Below, piece by piece: positions 17,225-28,717 of a stretch of DNA of 64,000 nucleotides. Each line of letters begins with the position of its first letter. Positions within the stretch are counted from its first letter, which is position 1. The notes under the pieces were generated by a model that saw nothing but the letters and a program-made list of their open reading frames with translations, made no database searches and was not told where the DNA came from. Made by a program: the position numbers and the translations under genes. Source of the DNA: Eledone cirrhosa (taxonomy: Eukaryota); the NCBI GenBank assembly GCA_964016885.1, contig OZ024760.1, positions 25,420,001 through 25,484,000 of the forward strand, in the 5' to 3' direction.

Positions 17225-17225
<1 letters not shown>

Positions 17226-17851
17226 TTATAATAAATGTTCATTACAATAAATGTTCGGTGAATCAATACGTACATATATATATATATATATGTGTGCGTG
17301 TATGTATATATATATACATACTACTGTACGTCTGTATACATATATGTATGTACGTATACATACTTATATTTAAGTAACAGCCGTACTAAGCGTGGGAAAG
17401 AAAATTTCGTTTCATTTTTTTCCGTTTATCGTTTTCGGTGCACCCGGCCGATTAACCCACTCGATATGCAAATTGGGCTACTCAGCCGTTAATATCCATA
17501 AGGTAAGTATATACGTTCAACAATCTGGCAGGAAGGTATACGTTGCTGACGATAGCTAATAAGCTTGAAACTTGTACAGCGTTCCTTTGTCGGTGTTGAA
17601 CAAACGAGCAATGATGGTTGCTGGACACTACGGCTTAATACGGGATGTTTGTTTACAAACACACCGAGCATTATAATAAATGTTCGGTGAATCAATACGT
17701 ACATATATATATATATGTGTGCGTGTATGTATATATATATATATACATACTACTGTACGTCTGTATACATATATGTATGTACGTGTACATACTTATATTT
17801 AACTAACAGCCGTACTAAGAGTGGGAAATGAAATTTCGTTTTATTTTGTCC

Positions 17852-17855
<4 letters not shown>
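17225..17855 (+). mobile_element. HHR-bearing repeat family B, ~1.4 tandem monomers of ~430 bp (retrozyme-like)
   Basis: aataaatgttcggtgaatcaatacgtac...cagccgtactaag..tggga occurs twice ~430 bp apart with an HHR between. Confidence 0.8.
17540..17582 (+). ncRNA. Minimal type I hammerhead ribozyme (family B)
   Basis: ACGUUG-CUGACGA-UAGC(UAAUAA)GCUU-GAAAC-UU-GUA-CAGCGU. Confidence 0.8.
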
Positions 17856-17927
<72 letters not shown>

Positions 17928-17969
17928 CTATGATTCTATCTATCTATATACATCGATGAAAAAAGTTTG

Positions 17970-18046
17970 TCTTTCATCCTTACTGGATCGATAAAATAAA
18001 GTACCAGTTATGCACTGGGGTAATCGCTGGCCTTGTGCTAAAAGTA
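17970..18046 (+). mobile_element. 3' fragment of Nin/Deu-type SINE
   Basis: ctttcatccttactggatcgataaaataaagtaccagt...ggccttgtgc. Confidence 0.75.
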
Positions 18047-18178
18047 AATACTCTATATACACTAACCACAAACAGCTCCATTAACGCACGCACTCGCACG
18101 TGTATTATTGAACTACATAGCTTGACCTGAATAAAAAAGAATTGGCTGTGATGAGCTGGATATATATATATATATATA

Positions 18179-18279
18179 TAGGGTGTCCCCCAAAAATGTA
18201 TATACACTTTGATTACATGTACTGGCAATATTTATTAGAATGCTGTTGAAGTGTGTATGCATTTTTGAGGGACACTCTG
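18179..18279. mobile_element. Small MITE with ~30 bp Tc1/mariner-like TIRs
   Basis: agggtgtcccccaaaaatgtatatacactt ... aagtgtgtatgcatttttgagggacactct. Confidence 0.65.
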
Positions 18280-18366
18280 TTTAATACATACCGGGCAAAA
18301 TATGTTTCCATGGAGATAGCTCACTTTAGAGCTACAGCCCGAAGCTTTTTGAATCACACACTACCA

Positions 18367-18420
<54 letters not shown>

Positions 18421-18424
<4 letters not shown>

Positions 18425-19147
18425 GAAATGGTGCTCTGAAGTAGCGATATATATATGAATGTATATATAGTGTATTTTGCAATACACTGTATGCTTAATT
18501 AAAAGCATTTTGAAGACCATACGCCGTTGTTTTAAAGTAGCGACATTGTCGCTTACTTAAATTTTCAGCAGACAAGGGAAGATAAGTTGACAGCTCTGTT
18601 TCGTACTTATTAAAACTCACTACTCTCCCTGTCTGCCGAAAATTGTGTGTTGGTTTCTTATAGAATTCCAGTAACCAAAAAGTACGAAACAGAGCTGTCA
18701 ACTTAGCTCCTCCTGCCTGCCGAAATTTTAAGTAAGCGCCAATCTCGCTACTTTAAAACAATAGCCTATGGTCTTCAAAATGATTTGAATTAAGCATACA
18801 GTGTATTGCAAAATACACTATATATACATTCATATATATATATCGCTATTTCAGAGCACCTATTCTAATTTTCAATTTCTGCTGGGCCGGCGACCGCTCT
18901 GTAAAATCAGTTCCTGATTGTTACTGGAATTCTATAAAAATCCAACACACATAATTTTCGGTAGACAGGAAGAGTAGTGAGTTTTGATAAGTACCAAAAA
19001 GTACGAAACAGAGCTGTCAACTTATCTCTCCCTGTCTGCTGAAAATGTAAGTAAGCGACAATGTCGCTACTTTAAAATAATAGCGTATGGTCTTCAAAAT
19101 GCTTTCAATTAAGCATACAGTGTATTGTAAAATACACTATATATACA

Positions 19148-19152
<5 letters not shown>
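18421..19152 (+). mobile_element. HHR-bearing repeat family C: inverted copy (18421-18675) plus ~1.5 tandem monomers of ~319 bp
   Basis: caaaaagtacgaaacagagctgtcaactta at 18676 and 18995. 18421-18675 is the reverse complement of monomer sequence. Flanked by (TA)n. Confidence 0.85.
18961..19039 (+). ncRNA. Type I hammerhead ribozyme with U3-A8 core variant and extended stem I
   Basis: UGAGUU-UUGAUAA-GUAC(CAAAAA)GUAC-GAAACAG-AG-CUGUC-AACUUA. Distal GUAGACAGG pairs with CCUGUCUGC. Confidence 0.8.
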
Positions 19153-19184
<32 letters not shown>

Positions 19185-19547
19185 ATAAGAATATTTATAT
19201 TTATATATGTTTCATTCATATGATTTATTGATTTTTTGATATTTTATCTGAGTGACCCGAATCTTCCTGATCGTAATTTTTCGGTCGCATGGGTGATTTT
19301 AGACATGATCTTTGTGTGTTGGTATTTTAACGATAGTTATAGCTCTGATTTATCTGAATTATTGAGCCCTCTGCCACTCATGTCGAATTTGTTTATCGTA
19401 AACTCGTGAGCCGATTTTTCGATACTCGATTATTCTACTATGTATGATATAACTATAAATATGTAGGCTAGTACTAAGTACTAGCCGGTTACCGGTATGA
19501 CAAAAGGCTCAATGCAAATGTTCAAGTGTTTTACAGAGCCTAGATAC

Positions 19548-20511
19548 AAAGTGTTGAAACGATCAAATTTTAGTTTAGAACATTTATTTGCTGACAATTG
19601 TTTCTTCCAGAGGGAAGTCTGGAATCATCGGAGCATAAGGAATGTCGAAACATGTAATTAAAATCCTAGTCATTTAGAACATTTAGGGTACATAATTGTT
19701 ATTAGTGTCAAAGGCATCATGTGGAGAGTCAGGAGTTAAAAAGATGTTCTGTCTGAAAGAACACAATTACAGGCAGCAGTGGTTGGAAGTGTAATAGGTA
19801 TAATTAAAAAGCACAAGAAAAAAAATATCATAAGCTAGAAAAAAGACAGGCAAAAAAGTTATAAGCAAGGAAAATTGGTGTAAAATGCAGGAGTCAATAC
19901 AGTTAATAAGGTATGTATGAGGAAAGAGTTATAATGCAGTGATGTGTTAAAGCATGTTATAAGTGTTATAAATGTTTAAGATAGTGTGAAATTTGTTAGA
20001 GATGCATGTGGTGATAATGTAGGTATGTGTTATGTAAGGTTTAATACAAAGCACATGATAGAGTTGGGTATGTGATTTTCATATAAGTGTTTTTGTGTTG
20101 TAGTTCGTATGTATGTGTGTGTGTTGTTTGTTACTCACAGCTATTAACCATGGGATTATTTCTGTATTGACTCCTGCATTGTACAACAATTTTACTTGCC
20201 TGTGACTTTTTTGCCTGTCTTTTTTCTAGCTTATGATATTTTTGGGCTTGTGCTTTTTAATTATACCTATTACACTTCCAACCACTGCTGCCTGTAATTG
20301 TGTTCTTTCAGGCAGAACATCTTTTTAACTCCTGACTCTCCACGTGGTGCCTTTGACACTAATAACAATTATGTACCCTAAATGTTCTAAATGACCATGA
20401 TTTTAGTGACATGTTTCGACATTCCTTATGCTCCGATGATTCCAGATTTCCCTCTGGAAGAAACAATTGTCACCTAATAAATGTTCTAAACTAAAATGTG
20501 ATCGTTTCAAC

Positions 20512-20516
<5 letters not shown>
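19548..20516. mobile_element. ~355 bp inverted repeat pair (19548-19902 / 20162-20516), each arm with an HHR motif (family D)
   Basis: Arms are reverse complements with scattered substitutions and a ~260 bp spacer. Confidence 0.85.
19589..19635 (-). ncRNA. Hammerhead ribozyme variant (CCGAUGA core)
   Basis: UGCU-CCGAUGA-UUCCAGA(CUUCCC)UCUGGAA-GAAAC-AAUU-GUC-AGCA. Second copy at 20429-20475 (+) has a damaged stem I. Confidence 0.65.
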
Positions 20517-20552
<36 letters not shown>

Positions 20553-20721
20553 GTTTAAATTCCGTGGTTTATCACTGGGTAGAATCGGTCATTCTGCAAT
20601 GTTAATCATAGCGTAATATGATAAAAGCACTCGAAGTTATGCACCTCATCCATCTATCTCTGATTTTCAATCATGTTGGTGGTGCGGGAACGGAGTAAAT
20701 GTATTATAAAGGATTTCAGTT

Positions 20722-20767
<46 letters not shown>

Positions 20768-20932
20768 TGCTAATACTGGAATTGAATAATCAAAACCGTA
20801 GCGGTATGTTACATATGAAATCATATATTTTGTCTGATGAAAACGAACTTAAACACCATAGTACCTTTGAAATATGTATAATAAAATGTATATTCTGATT
20901 TTGAGAATATTTTTTCATTTATTAACATTTTG

Positions 20933-20986
<54 letters not shown>

Positions 20987-20987
<1 letters not shown>

Positions 20988-21182
20988 TAACAAAGGAATT
21001 GTGGTAAGGAACCAGATGGATCATAACGCACCAGAGTACTCAATACTTAGGGTATTAGAGTGGGTAATAGGAAAAAGTATGACCCAATCGGCAGAGCCCA
21101 AGCTGTTTTGACGGCTATTTCTGGACTAAAAACAGAAATAGCCGTCGAAACTGCTTGAGCTCTGCCGTCGGAGTCATACATT
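20987..21182 (+). mobile_element. Non-coding repeat family F ending in a long foldback
   Basis: Homologous to 53503-53708 and (-) 45678-45781, 45842-46005. Confidence 0.8.
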
Positions 21183-21196
21183 TATATATATATATA

Positions 21197-21411
21197 GACG
21201 TGTGGCTGAGCAGTTAGAGAATTGGATTCACAGTCTTGAGGTTGTGAGTTCGATTTCTGGACCGGGCGATGTGTGATGTCCTTGAGCAAGACACTTTATT
21301 TCACGTTGCTCCTGCTACCTGGAGTTGCGACCGATAGATAGTACTAGCAACTAGAAAGACCGACGAAAACATTGTTTCCTCGGTCCGATTTGACGAAAGT
21401 CGATCGATCCT
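21197..21411 (+). mobile_element. tRNA-derived CORE-like SINE
   Basis: Homologous to 8312-8527. Confidence 0.85.
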
Positions 21412-21705
21412 TTATATGCATATATAAGTATTCCCACAACAGCAGTTAATTCCCCCTTTCCGAGAAAATTTGTTTCACTTTAGATGGATCATCAGCTCGG
21501 TTTAAATGAGATTATAGGAACACGCAAGTGCAAATGAAGTTCTTCCCAAATGGGAGGTAACTCACATTACATCGTTGTGGGAAGACTTTGAAAATTCCTG
21601 TGTGGATTACTCAATTCAAAGAAAAGTTATAACTAAACCATACGGAAATGTTCTACTCACTTTGGCGGCACGATTCGAAACATATTTAAAACGTAATTTT
21701 AAAGC

Positions 21706-21750
<45 letters not shown>

Positions 21751-21944
21751 TATATATATATACGTATATGGCGATTGAAGGAAGACGTCTATGCCAGGAT
21801 CGCCTGTCTTCGTGAAACCCTTCGTAAATGAAATAATTATCTCATGTTGTCTATTACATAACTAAAAAGCTCTGTAGCCTACATAGAGCACACTCTTTTC
21901 CTTTAATTTTTCCTACGGAAATACTTTATATATATATATATATC

Positions 21945-22334
21945 GTCTGCGACTTCACAGAACTTATGTTTACCGAATTCGCAGACCAGACCCCTTCTTC
22001 CTCCCGTTAGACCTGTGCGAAATTCCTTCCTTGGTCACATTTCAACCAGGTTTGATGGTCTTTATTCTCTCGTTCACGATTCCACCGAATTTATATTCAT
22101 AGAAATCTGGGACTTGTTTCTTCTTCATCACTTTCTGTTGCTTAAACCATTTTGTTTGTTTACCCTAGCGTCCCCCTTATTTACGTGTCCCAACGACTTT
22201 TTTTAGCCGTTGCTCGCACCAACCTGAGGTATATGGCCTTTAATGCGACGAAATGCCTACGACGGTTGGAAGGCCACTGATGAGGACAAACTTTTTCATA
22301 TGTAACCCATTTGCAGCGCCGCAGCTCCATTATT

Positions 22335-22335
<1 letters not shown>
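21945..22335 (+). mobile_element. Repeat family P, copy B
   Basis: Reverse-complement homology to ~36215-36580 (e.g. caaccaggtttgatggtctttattctct). Flanked by (TA)n. Confidence 0.8.
22219..22287 (+). ncRNA. Candidate non-circularly permuted hammerhead with k-turn, copy B
   Basis: CCAAC-CUGA-GGUAU-A-UGGCCUU-UAAUGCGAC-GAA-AUGCC-UAC-GACG-GUUGG-AAGGCCA-CUGAUGA-GGAC. Confidence 0.65.
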
Positions 22336-22389
<54 letters not shown>

Positions 22390-22552
22390 GATCTCCGAAT
22401 CAATTTAACCTAATAGCAAATGTTATGAAGATCTAAAACGGAGAAAGCATGCTTTGCGAACATCAGTTTTTAATACATGTTATAAAGATCGTTTTCATAT
22501 ATACCAGGTGCACTTTTCGTACCATTTTTTTTTTTTGTCATTTTCCTCATAT

Positions 22553-22932
22553 AATTGTTTCTACTTTAGGCACAAAGCCAGCATAATACCCAGTACATTA
22601 CTGGTACTTTATTTTATCGACCCTGTAAGGATGAAAGGCAAAGTTAACCTCGGCGGGATTCGAACTCAGACAGTAAAGGGACGTAACTCAATGTTTCAAA
22701 GCATGGTGTCCAACTTTCTACCGATACTGCCAATCCACCGTTATAATTGTGTCTACTTTTGGCACAAGGCCAGCAATTACCCAGTACATTACTGGTACTT
22801 TATTTTATCGACCCTGTCAGGATGAAAGGCAAAGTTAACCTCGGCGGGATTTGAACTAAGACTGTAAAGGGACGTAACTATGCCAGAAAGCATGGCGTCC
22901 AACCCTCTACCGATACTGCCAATTCACCGCCC
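22553..22932 (-). mobile_element. Two tandem Nin/Deu-type SINEs
   Basis: Reverse complement of the 12231 unit, twice. Confidence 0.85.
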
Positions 22933-23024
22933 TTCCTCATTTTCCTCATATAATGGAATATGCATAGAAGGTATTCTAACGTCCACACACTCCCCCACAC
23001 ACACGCACACACACACGCACACGC

Positions 23025-23055
<31 letters not shown>

Positions 23056-23284
23056 TTTATGTGAATTCTACAGGACTAGAATTGAATCATTCGCTTGAAA
23101 TCATCTGGTAAATAAATGATACTGGTGATGTTAATGATGATGATGATGATGATTGTGATCAGGATGATAATGTTGATAAATGATTTTGCTAATGATAGTG
23201 AAGATGGTGATGATGCTAATAATGATGATGTTGATGAAAATTATGAAGATGAGAATGAATACGACGATGATGATGATGATGTTA

Positions 23285-23472
23285 ATAAATTGTTCTACTT
23301 TTGGCACAAGGCCAGCAATTATCTCAGTGTATTACTGGTACTTTATTTTATCGATCCCCGGTAAGGATGAGAGGCAAAGTTAACGTCGGCGGTATTTGAG
23401 CTCAGATCATAAAGGGCCGTAACTCTATGCACCAAAGCATGGTGTCCGACCCTCTACCAATACTACCAATCC
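23285..23472 (-). mobile_element. Nin/Deu-type SINE within (GAT)n
   Basis: Reverse complement of the 12231 unit. The adjacent 23440-23680 block is locally duplicated at 23685-23960. Confidence 0.8.
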
Positions 23473-24135
23473 TTTAATAATGATGATGTTGATGACGACG
23501 ATGTTGATGACGACGATGAAGATACCGATGACGATGAAGATGCCGATGACGATGAAGGCGCCGATGACGATGACGATAAAGATAAAGAATTATGTTGATG
23601 AAAAGCGAAAGACGTGAAACATAAAATATGTAAAAATAAATTTAAAAAATTAGAAAAAAATAACAAAACAAGATGCAAACAACATAGTGTCCGATCCTCT
23701 ACCAATACTACCAATCCGTTAATAATGATGATGTTGATGACGATGATGATGACGACGACGATGAAGATGCCGATGACGATGAAGATGACGATGAAGATGA
23801 AGAATTATGTTGATGAAAAACGAAAGAAGTGAAACATAAAATATGTTAAAAAAAAAAAAAAAATTAGAAAAAAATATGTAAAAAAAAAAAAAATTAGAAA
23901 AAAAAAATGTAAAAATAAAAAAAAAATTAGAAAAAAATAACAAAACAAGATGCAAACAAAAGAAAATAAACATAACAGTAGATGAAAGCAAAAATGGTGG
24001 AAGAGATTCTCCGCCATTTTAACAACTAGGTGTATATGTCTAGAGAAGTGAAGATCAAAGACTTGCCAAAGTAGAACGGTTTCAAACCTGGAGAAAAGTG
24101 TGCTGAAAATCGGATCTAATAAGTATTTTAGTAGA

Positions 24136-24980
24136 TTGAGTGAGTGGGTGGGTGTTGAGGGTGGTGGCGTTGGTGGTGTGTATGGTGGTTGCATGGTGGT
24201 TGTGTTGGTGGTGGTGTTTGTGTGTGTGGTGGTGGTGTGTGGTGGTGTTGTGTGCTGGTGTATGGTGGGCTTGAGTGGGTGGGTGTTGAGGGTGGTGGCG
24301 TTGGTGGTGTGTATGGTGGTTGCATGGTGGTTGTGTGTGTGGTGGTGGTGGTTGAGTGTGTGGTGGTCGTGTGTGTGGTGGTGTTGTGTGCTGGTGTATG
24401 GTAGGCTTGTGGTGGTGGTTGCGTGTGGTTGTAGTGGTGTATGGTGGTGGTTGTGGTGGTGGGGTGTGTGTGGTGCTGGTGGTTGTCTGTGTGGCGGTCG
24501 TGTGTGTGGTGGTGTTGTGTGCTGGTGTATGGTAGGCTTGTGGTGGTGGTTGCGTGTGGTTGTAGTGGTGTATGGTGGTGGTTGTGGTGGTGGGGTGTGT
24601 GTGGTGCTGGTGGTTGTCTGTGTGGCGGTCGTGTGTGTGGTGGTGTTGTGTGCTGGTGTATGGTGGGCTTGTGGTGGTGGTGGTGGTGGTGGTAGCGTGT
24701 GGTTGTAGTGGTGTATGGTTGTGGTTGTGGTGTGTGTGTGTGTGTGGTGCAGGTGGTTGTGTCTGTGGTTGTGGTGGTGTGTGGTGTTGGTGGTGGAGGT
24801 ATGTAGTGTGTAGTTGTGGTGGTGGTGGTTGTGTGGTGGTGGTTGAGGTGGTGTGTGTGTGGTGGTTGGGGTGCGGGTGGTTGTGTGTGTGGTGGTGGTT
24901 GTGGTGATGGTGGTGGTGGTTGCGTGTGGTGGTGGTGGTGTGTGTGTGGTGATGGTGTGTGTGTGCGGTGATGGTGGGAG
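24136..24980. repeat. (GGT/GT)n low-complexity tract
   Basis: Direct reading. Confidence 0.9.
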
Positions 24981-25172
24981 TGTTATGCTAATTTCTGAGC
25001 CAGATATAGCATATGGTTGTAATATTGATAATCTCTCTCTCTCTCTCTCTTCCCTCTCTCCCCCTCTCCCTCTCTTCCACCTCTCTCCCCCTCTCCCTCA
25101 CTTCCCCCTCTCTACCCCTCCCCTTCTCTCCCCTTCTCTCTCTCTTCGTATATATATATATGTGTATAAATA

Positions 25173-25228
<56 letters not shown>

Positions 25229-25231
<3 letters not shown>

Positions 25232-25720
25232 CGTTTATGAATTTGTTTAGCAAGCTTCTTTATCTGAAAACGTGTGTTGAAACCGATATTGTTATACTTC
25301 GGGAGGGTCATGTTGCCAATAAGAAACACACGCACGAGTTGCTTTCACTCCAATTTATTATAAATTAAATTTATAAATTTCCGGTTGGCTGGTTGGTTGG
25401 TTCCATAACCGGACGGTTGTTCATATATTGTCAAAGTTCTTTCGTCACACATTCTGTGACCTCTTCAGTGACTGAAGATGGCGTAGGACAGAACAATGGA
25501 GAGGCACAAAACAAAAAAAAGAATCCCCAGTCACTGAAGAGGTCACATAATGTGTGACGAAAGAACTTTGACAATATATGAACACCCGTCCGGTTATGGA
25601 ACTAACCAACCAACCGGAAATTTATAAATTCCTAAATTTATAAATTTATTATAATAAATTGAAGTGAAAGCAACTGGTGCGTGTGTTTCTTATTGGCAAC
25701 ATGACCCTCCCAAAGTATAA
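25229..25720. mobile_element. Two PLE pseudo-LTRs in inverted (divergent) arrangement, each with an HHR (25430-25472 -, 25530-25572 +)
   Basis: Both arms match 2060-2330. HHR reads GUCA-CUGAAGA-G-GUCAC..GUGAC-GAAAGAAC-UU-UGAC. Confidence 0.88.
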
Positions 25721-25768
25721 CCGATCTATAAATCTGTCTCTCACTCTCGCTCTCTATCTATCCATCTA

Positions 25769-28400
25769 TGGATACTGGAAGCTAAACATGTCGCTCCCGG
25801 TGCATAAGACCTACAGTAAACGGATTAGCACCTTAGTTAAGTCCCAGTTGACGAGGGCGATCGTCAACAACAGGTGATGGAGCTCTCTCAATTAGAATAG
25901 AATTGATAGCATTTACTAAGAAAGTAGCTTTCGAAAAAAGAAACTGAAAAGGAACTGGTAGCTAAAATAGAAGAGGCACTTATGAATGGCAGTACAGCTG
26001 ACGTGCTAGCGGCGAGAAGCGCACTAGACCAGTTCTTCAACGTGAAACACGAAGGTTGTATCGTCAGAAGTAGAACACGTGCTCTAAGAAACGAGGGAGC
26101 CAAAGCTGTTAGCTGGGCCCGAGTTGCAGAGGCTCAAAGTGGCAACAAATCCACAATTCGGTCTTTGATAGACAAAGATGGACGCATTATACTTGAATCC
26201 AAGCAGATGTGCACGGCCTTCCAGCAGCATTTTGCATAACTGTTCGGGCAAAGCGGTACATCGAGCGAGGTGATGGACTTCCGCTCCTACCTCGACGGCG
26301 TACTGCGATTCTCAAGCACGGATGCAGAGAGGTGCGAAAGGCCGATCACAGCGGGCGAAATAGAAGATGCCCTAGGCCACTGCGGGAAACGCAAATCACC
26401 CAGGTAGATGGTCTACCCTATGAGTTTTACATAGGCATGCCAGACTTGTTCTCTGGCGTCCTCGAAGTGGTCTACTGCAACTGGCAGCAAAACAGGAGGA
26501 TTCCCAGTTCTGTAGGCAGAGGCGTAGTAACGCTGATCAGGAAAGATGAGAACAAGGGGGATGAGATAAGCAATTTCAGGCCCATAACTCTGCTCAACAC
26601 AGAGTTAAAGATTTTGGCCAAGGTGTTAGCAGTAAGGCTGGCGCTTGTCGTCGAGAACCTGGTGGGGGAAGCCCAAACGTGTGCAATCCCGACCAGGTCC
26701 ATACACAACAACCTCCACCTCATGCGATACATCATAGAGAGGGTTGGCTGTAATCCTGGCTTCGGTGGGGCTCTGATCAATTATAACCGTAATGGTGTCG
26801 AAAACCTCGGCAATCGGGGTAATCGGCAACCTATTACAGGAATACGAAACGTTGACAGAAGCAAGACTAAACACAAACAAGTCTGTGGGTTTGCAACTCG
26901 GCACATGGAGAGGCAAACCCATGCCTTCCGACAGTTTCATTGGACGTTGGACGGAAGGATAGGTGAAATTGCTCGGGGTTCTGTTTGATCCAGACCTCCA
27001 GGTGGACAAGAACTGGAAAGTGGTCACGGCAAAGGTGTTTGCACTCACCCAGAAGTGGGCTGAGTGCAAACTCTGCTTGAAAGGTGGAACGAAGGTGGCG
27101 AACACTTACATAGCGTCCGTCATCTACTACCGCTTGACAGTCGTGCCTTGCCCCCGCGAATACCTTACCAAAATGGAACGCCTACTCTTCAAGTTCCTCT
27201 GGAAGAAACAGGCTCCATTGGTGAGGAGATCCATCTGCTGTCAACAACCTTCTAACGGAGGGCTGGGCATGCCGTGGCTGATGATGCGCAAACGCGCGCT
27301 GAGGCTACGCCATCTCCAGGTATTCCTGACCGAGGAATCGGTGTGGCTGTCGTTTGTGAGACAAGCTCTTCCACAACTCGTCTCACTAACAGAGCTGCAC
27401 TCCTGGGTCAAGCGAAGACCGAAAATGGGTGCCTGGCGCCTCGAGTGCCTACAGGTGCTCACAGCCCTCTACCCAGCGGAGACGGCAATCAGCGGAGACT
27501 CCACTTCGACATTCTATAGGGGATTAGTGGAGGGTAGGTGCGACGACGTTCTCGGGGAAACTCTAGGCATCGAGGAGCACGAACTGACGAGTCTGTTCGG
27601 GAGGACTTTTCGTCCAGGGCCTATGGATAACTACCAGAGGTCTCTGGCCTAGCAGTGCTACCGAGGAGCTCTACCAGTTCGAGACAAAATCTACAGGCAC
27701 GGACGCCCTGGCAGAGATCCTGCCAAAATAACCTGTCCAAGACGCGAGCAGGACATCGGAACCGTTCTGCACGCAATTGTTCAGTGCCCAGGGGTGACTG
27801 ACCTGTGGGATTATGTCGAACAGCTGCTGTCACGTGTGGGACGCATCCAGTTGTCAGCCGGGTCCATCGTGAGGATCACCCCGCGGCCTTCATTTAAGAA
27901 CGAAGAAGAGGCGGTCTTCCTCTGTCTGGTGGCTATGGCGAAAGAGGTAATATGGTTGACGAGGTTAAAAGGACTGAGGGCAAGCACCTTACTCTCCTGA
28001 CAACAACTTATCCCCTTCTTTAAGTATCACTTCAGAAGGAAGGTGGGAGTGGAGAGAGAGGTGCTACACCCCATTAAATTCGCTGAAAGGTGGGTGAATG
28101 TTTCGAAAATGGCCCGGGCGAATGGGCCTTCTCTGTATATAAACCTGTAGGTTGAGGAAGATAAACAGAGGGAAGACGGGAACACCTACAAAACGTGTTC
28201 CTGGTGTTGAGGGTTGTTCTATCCACGGGGTGTAAAACAACCCTGCAGTAACGTTCCCTCTTACTGGGGATTTCAATCGTTATTTTATTATATATAGTTT
28301 GTTGTTATTTATTAATGTTAAAGTTATTTTTATGTAAAATCCCCGCCGTCACGTCTTGTAATGTCCCATTTTTGTACGCCCCTGTGGCAAATAAAGAAAG
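25769..28400 (+). mobile_element. 5'-truncated Tx1/L1-type LINE ORF2 pseudogene with internal RT deletion and (TATC)n tail
   Basis: GYWKLNMSL; DGLPYEFY; NFRPITLLNTELKILAKVLA; QTCAIPTRSIHNN; KLLGV; GGLGMP; C-terminal HAIVQCP. Stops and frameshifts are present, and the sequence jumps from GALIN to post-YADD sequence at ~26782. Confidence 0.92.
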
Positions 28401-28471
28401 ATATCTATCTATCTATCTATCTATCTTTTGCACACACACACCTTAAAAATAAGTGAATATATAAAATCTAA

Positions 28472-28717
28472 GTGACACAGAGGAGACTGAGGTTAGCTGG
28501 ACATGCTCACCGACATCCAGAGTTGACATTGAACTCAGTACTCCTTTGGGAACCCCTACATGGACACACTAGAAGAGGAAGACCAAGGTTAACGTATGTT
28601 GATGCCCTAAGGACAGACACTGGTCTGTTGGAGACGCAGGACATGGCAGCGATAATGAGGGACAGAGACCGCTGGAGAGAACTCGTCCATGGATCTCGGG
28701 AATTTTACCCGCCTTAG
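28472..28717 (+). mobile_element. RTE-clade LINE 3' end with (TAGA)n tail
   Basis: RRLRLAGHAHRHPE...LLWEPLHGHTRRGRPRLTYVD...RDRWR, a typical RTE ORF C-terminus. Confidence 0.85.

Noticed and set aside
20830-20885. CUGAUGA...GAAAUAUGUA motif (related sequence at 10063-10105)
   Set aside because: Stems I and II are too weak to call.
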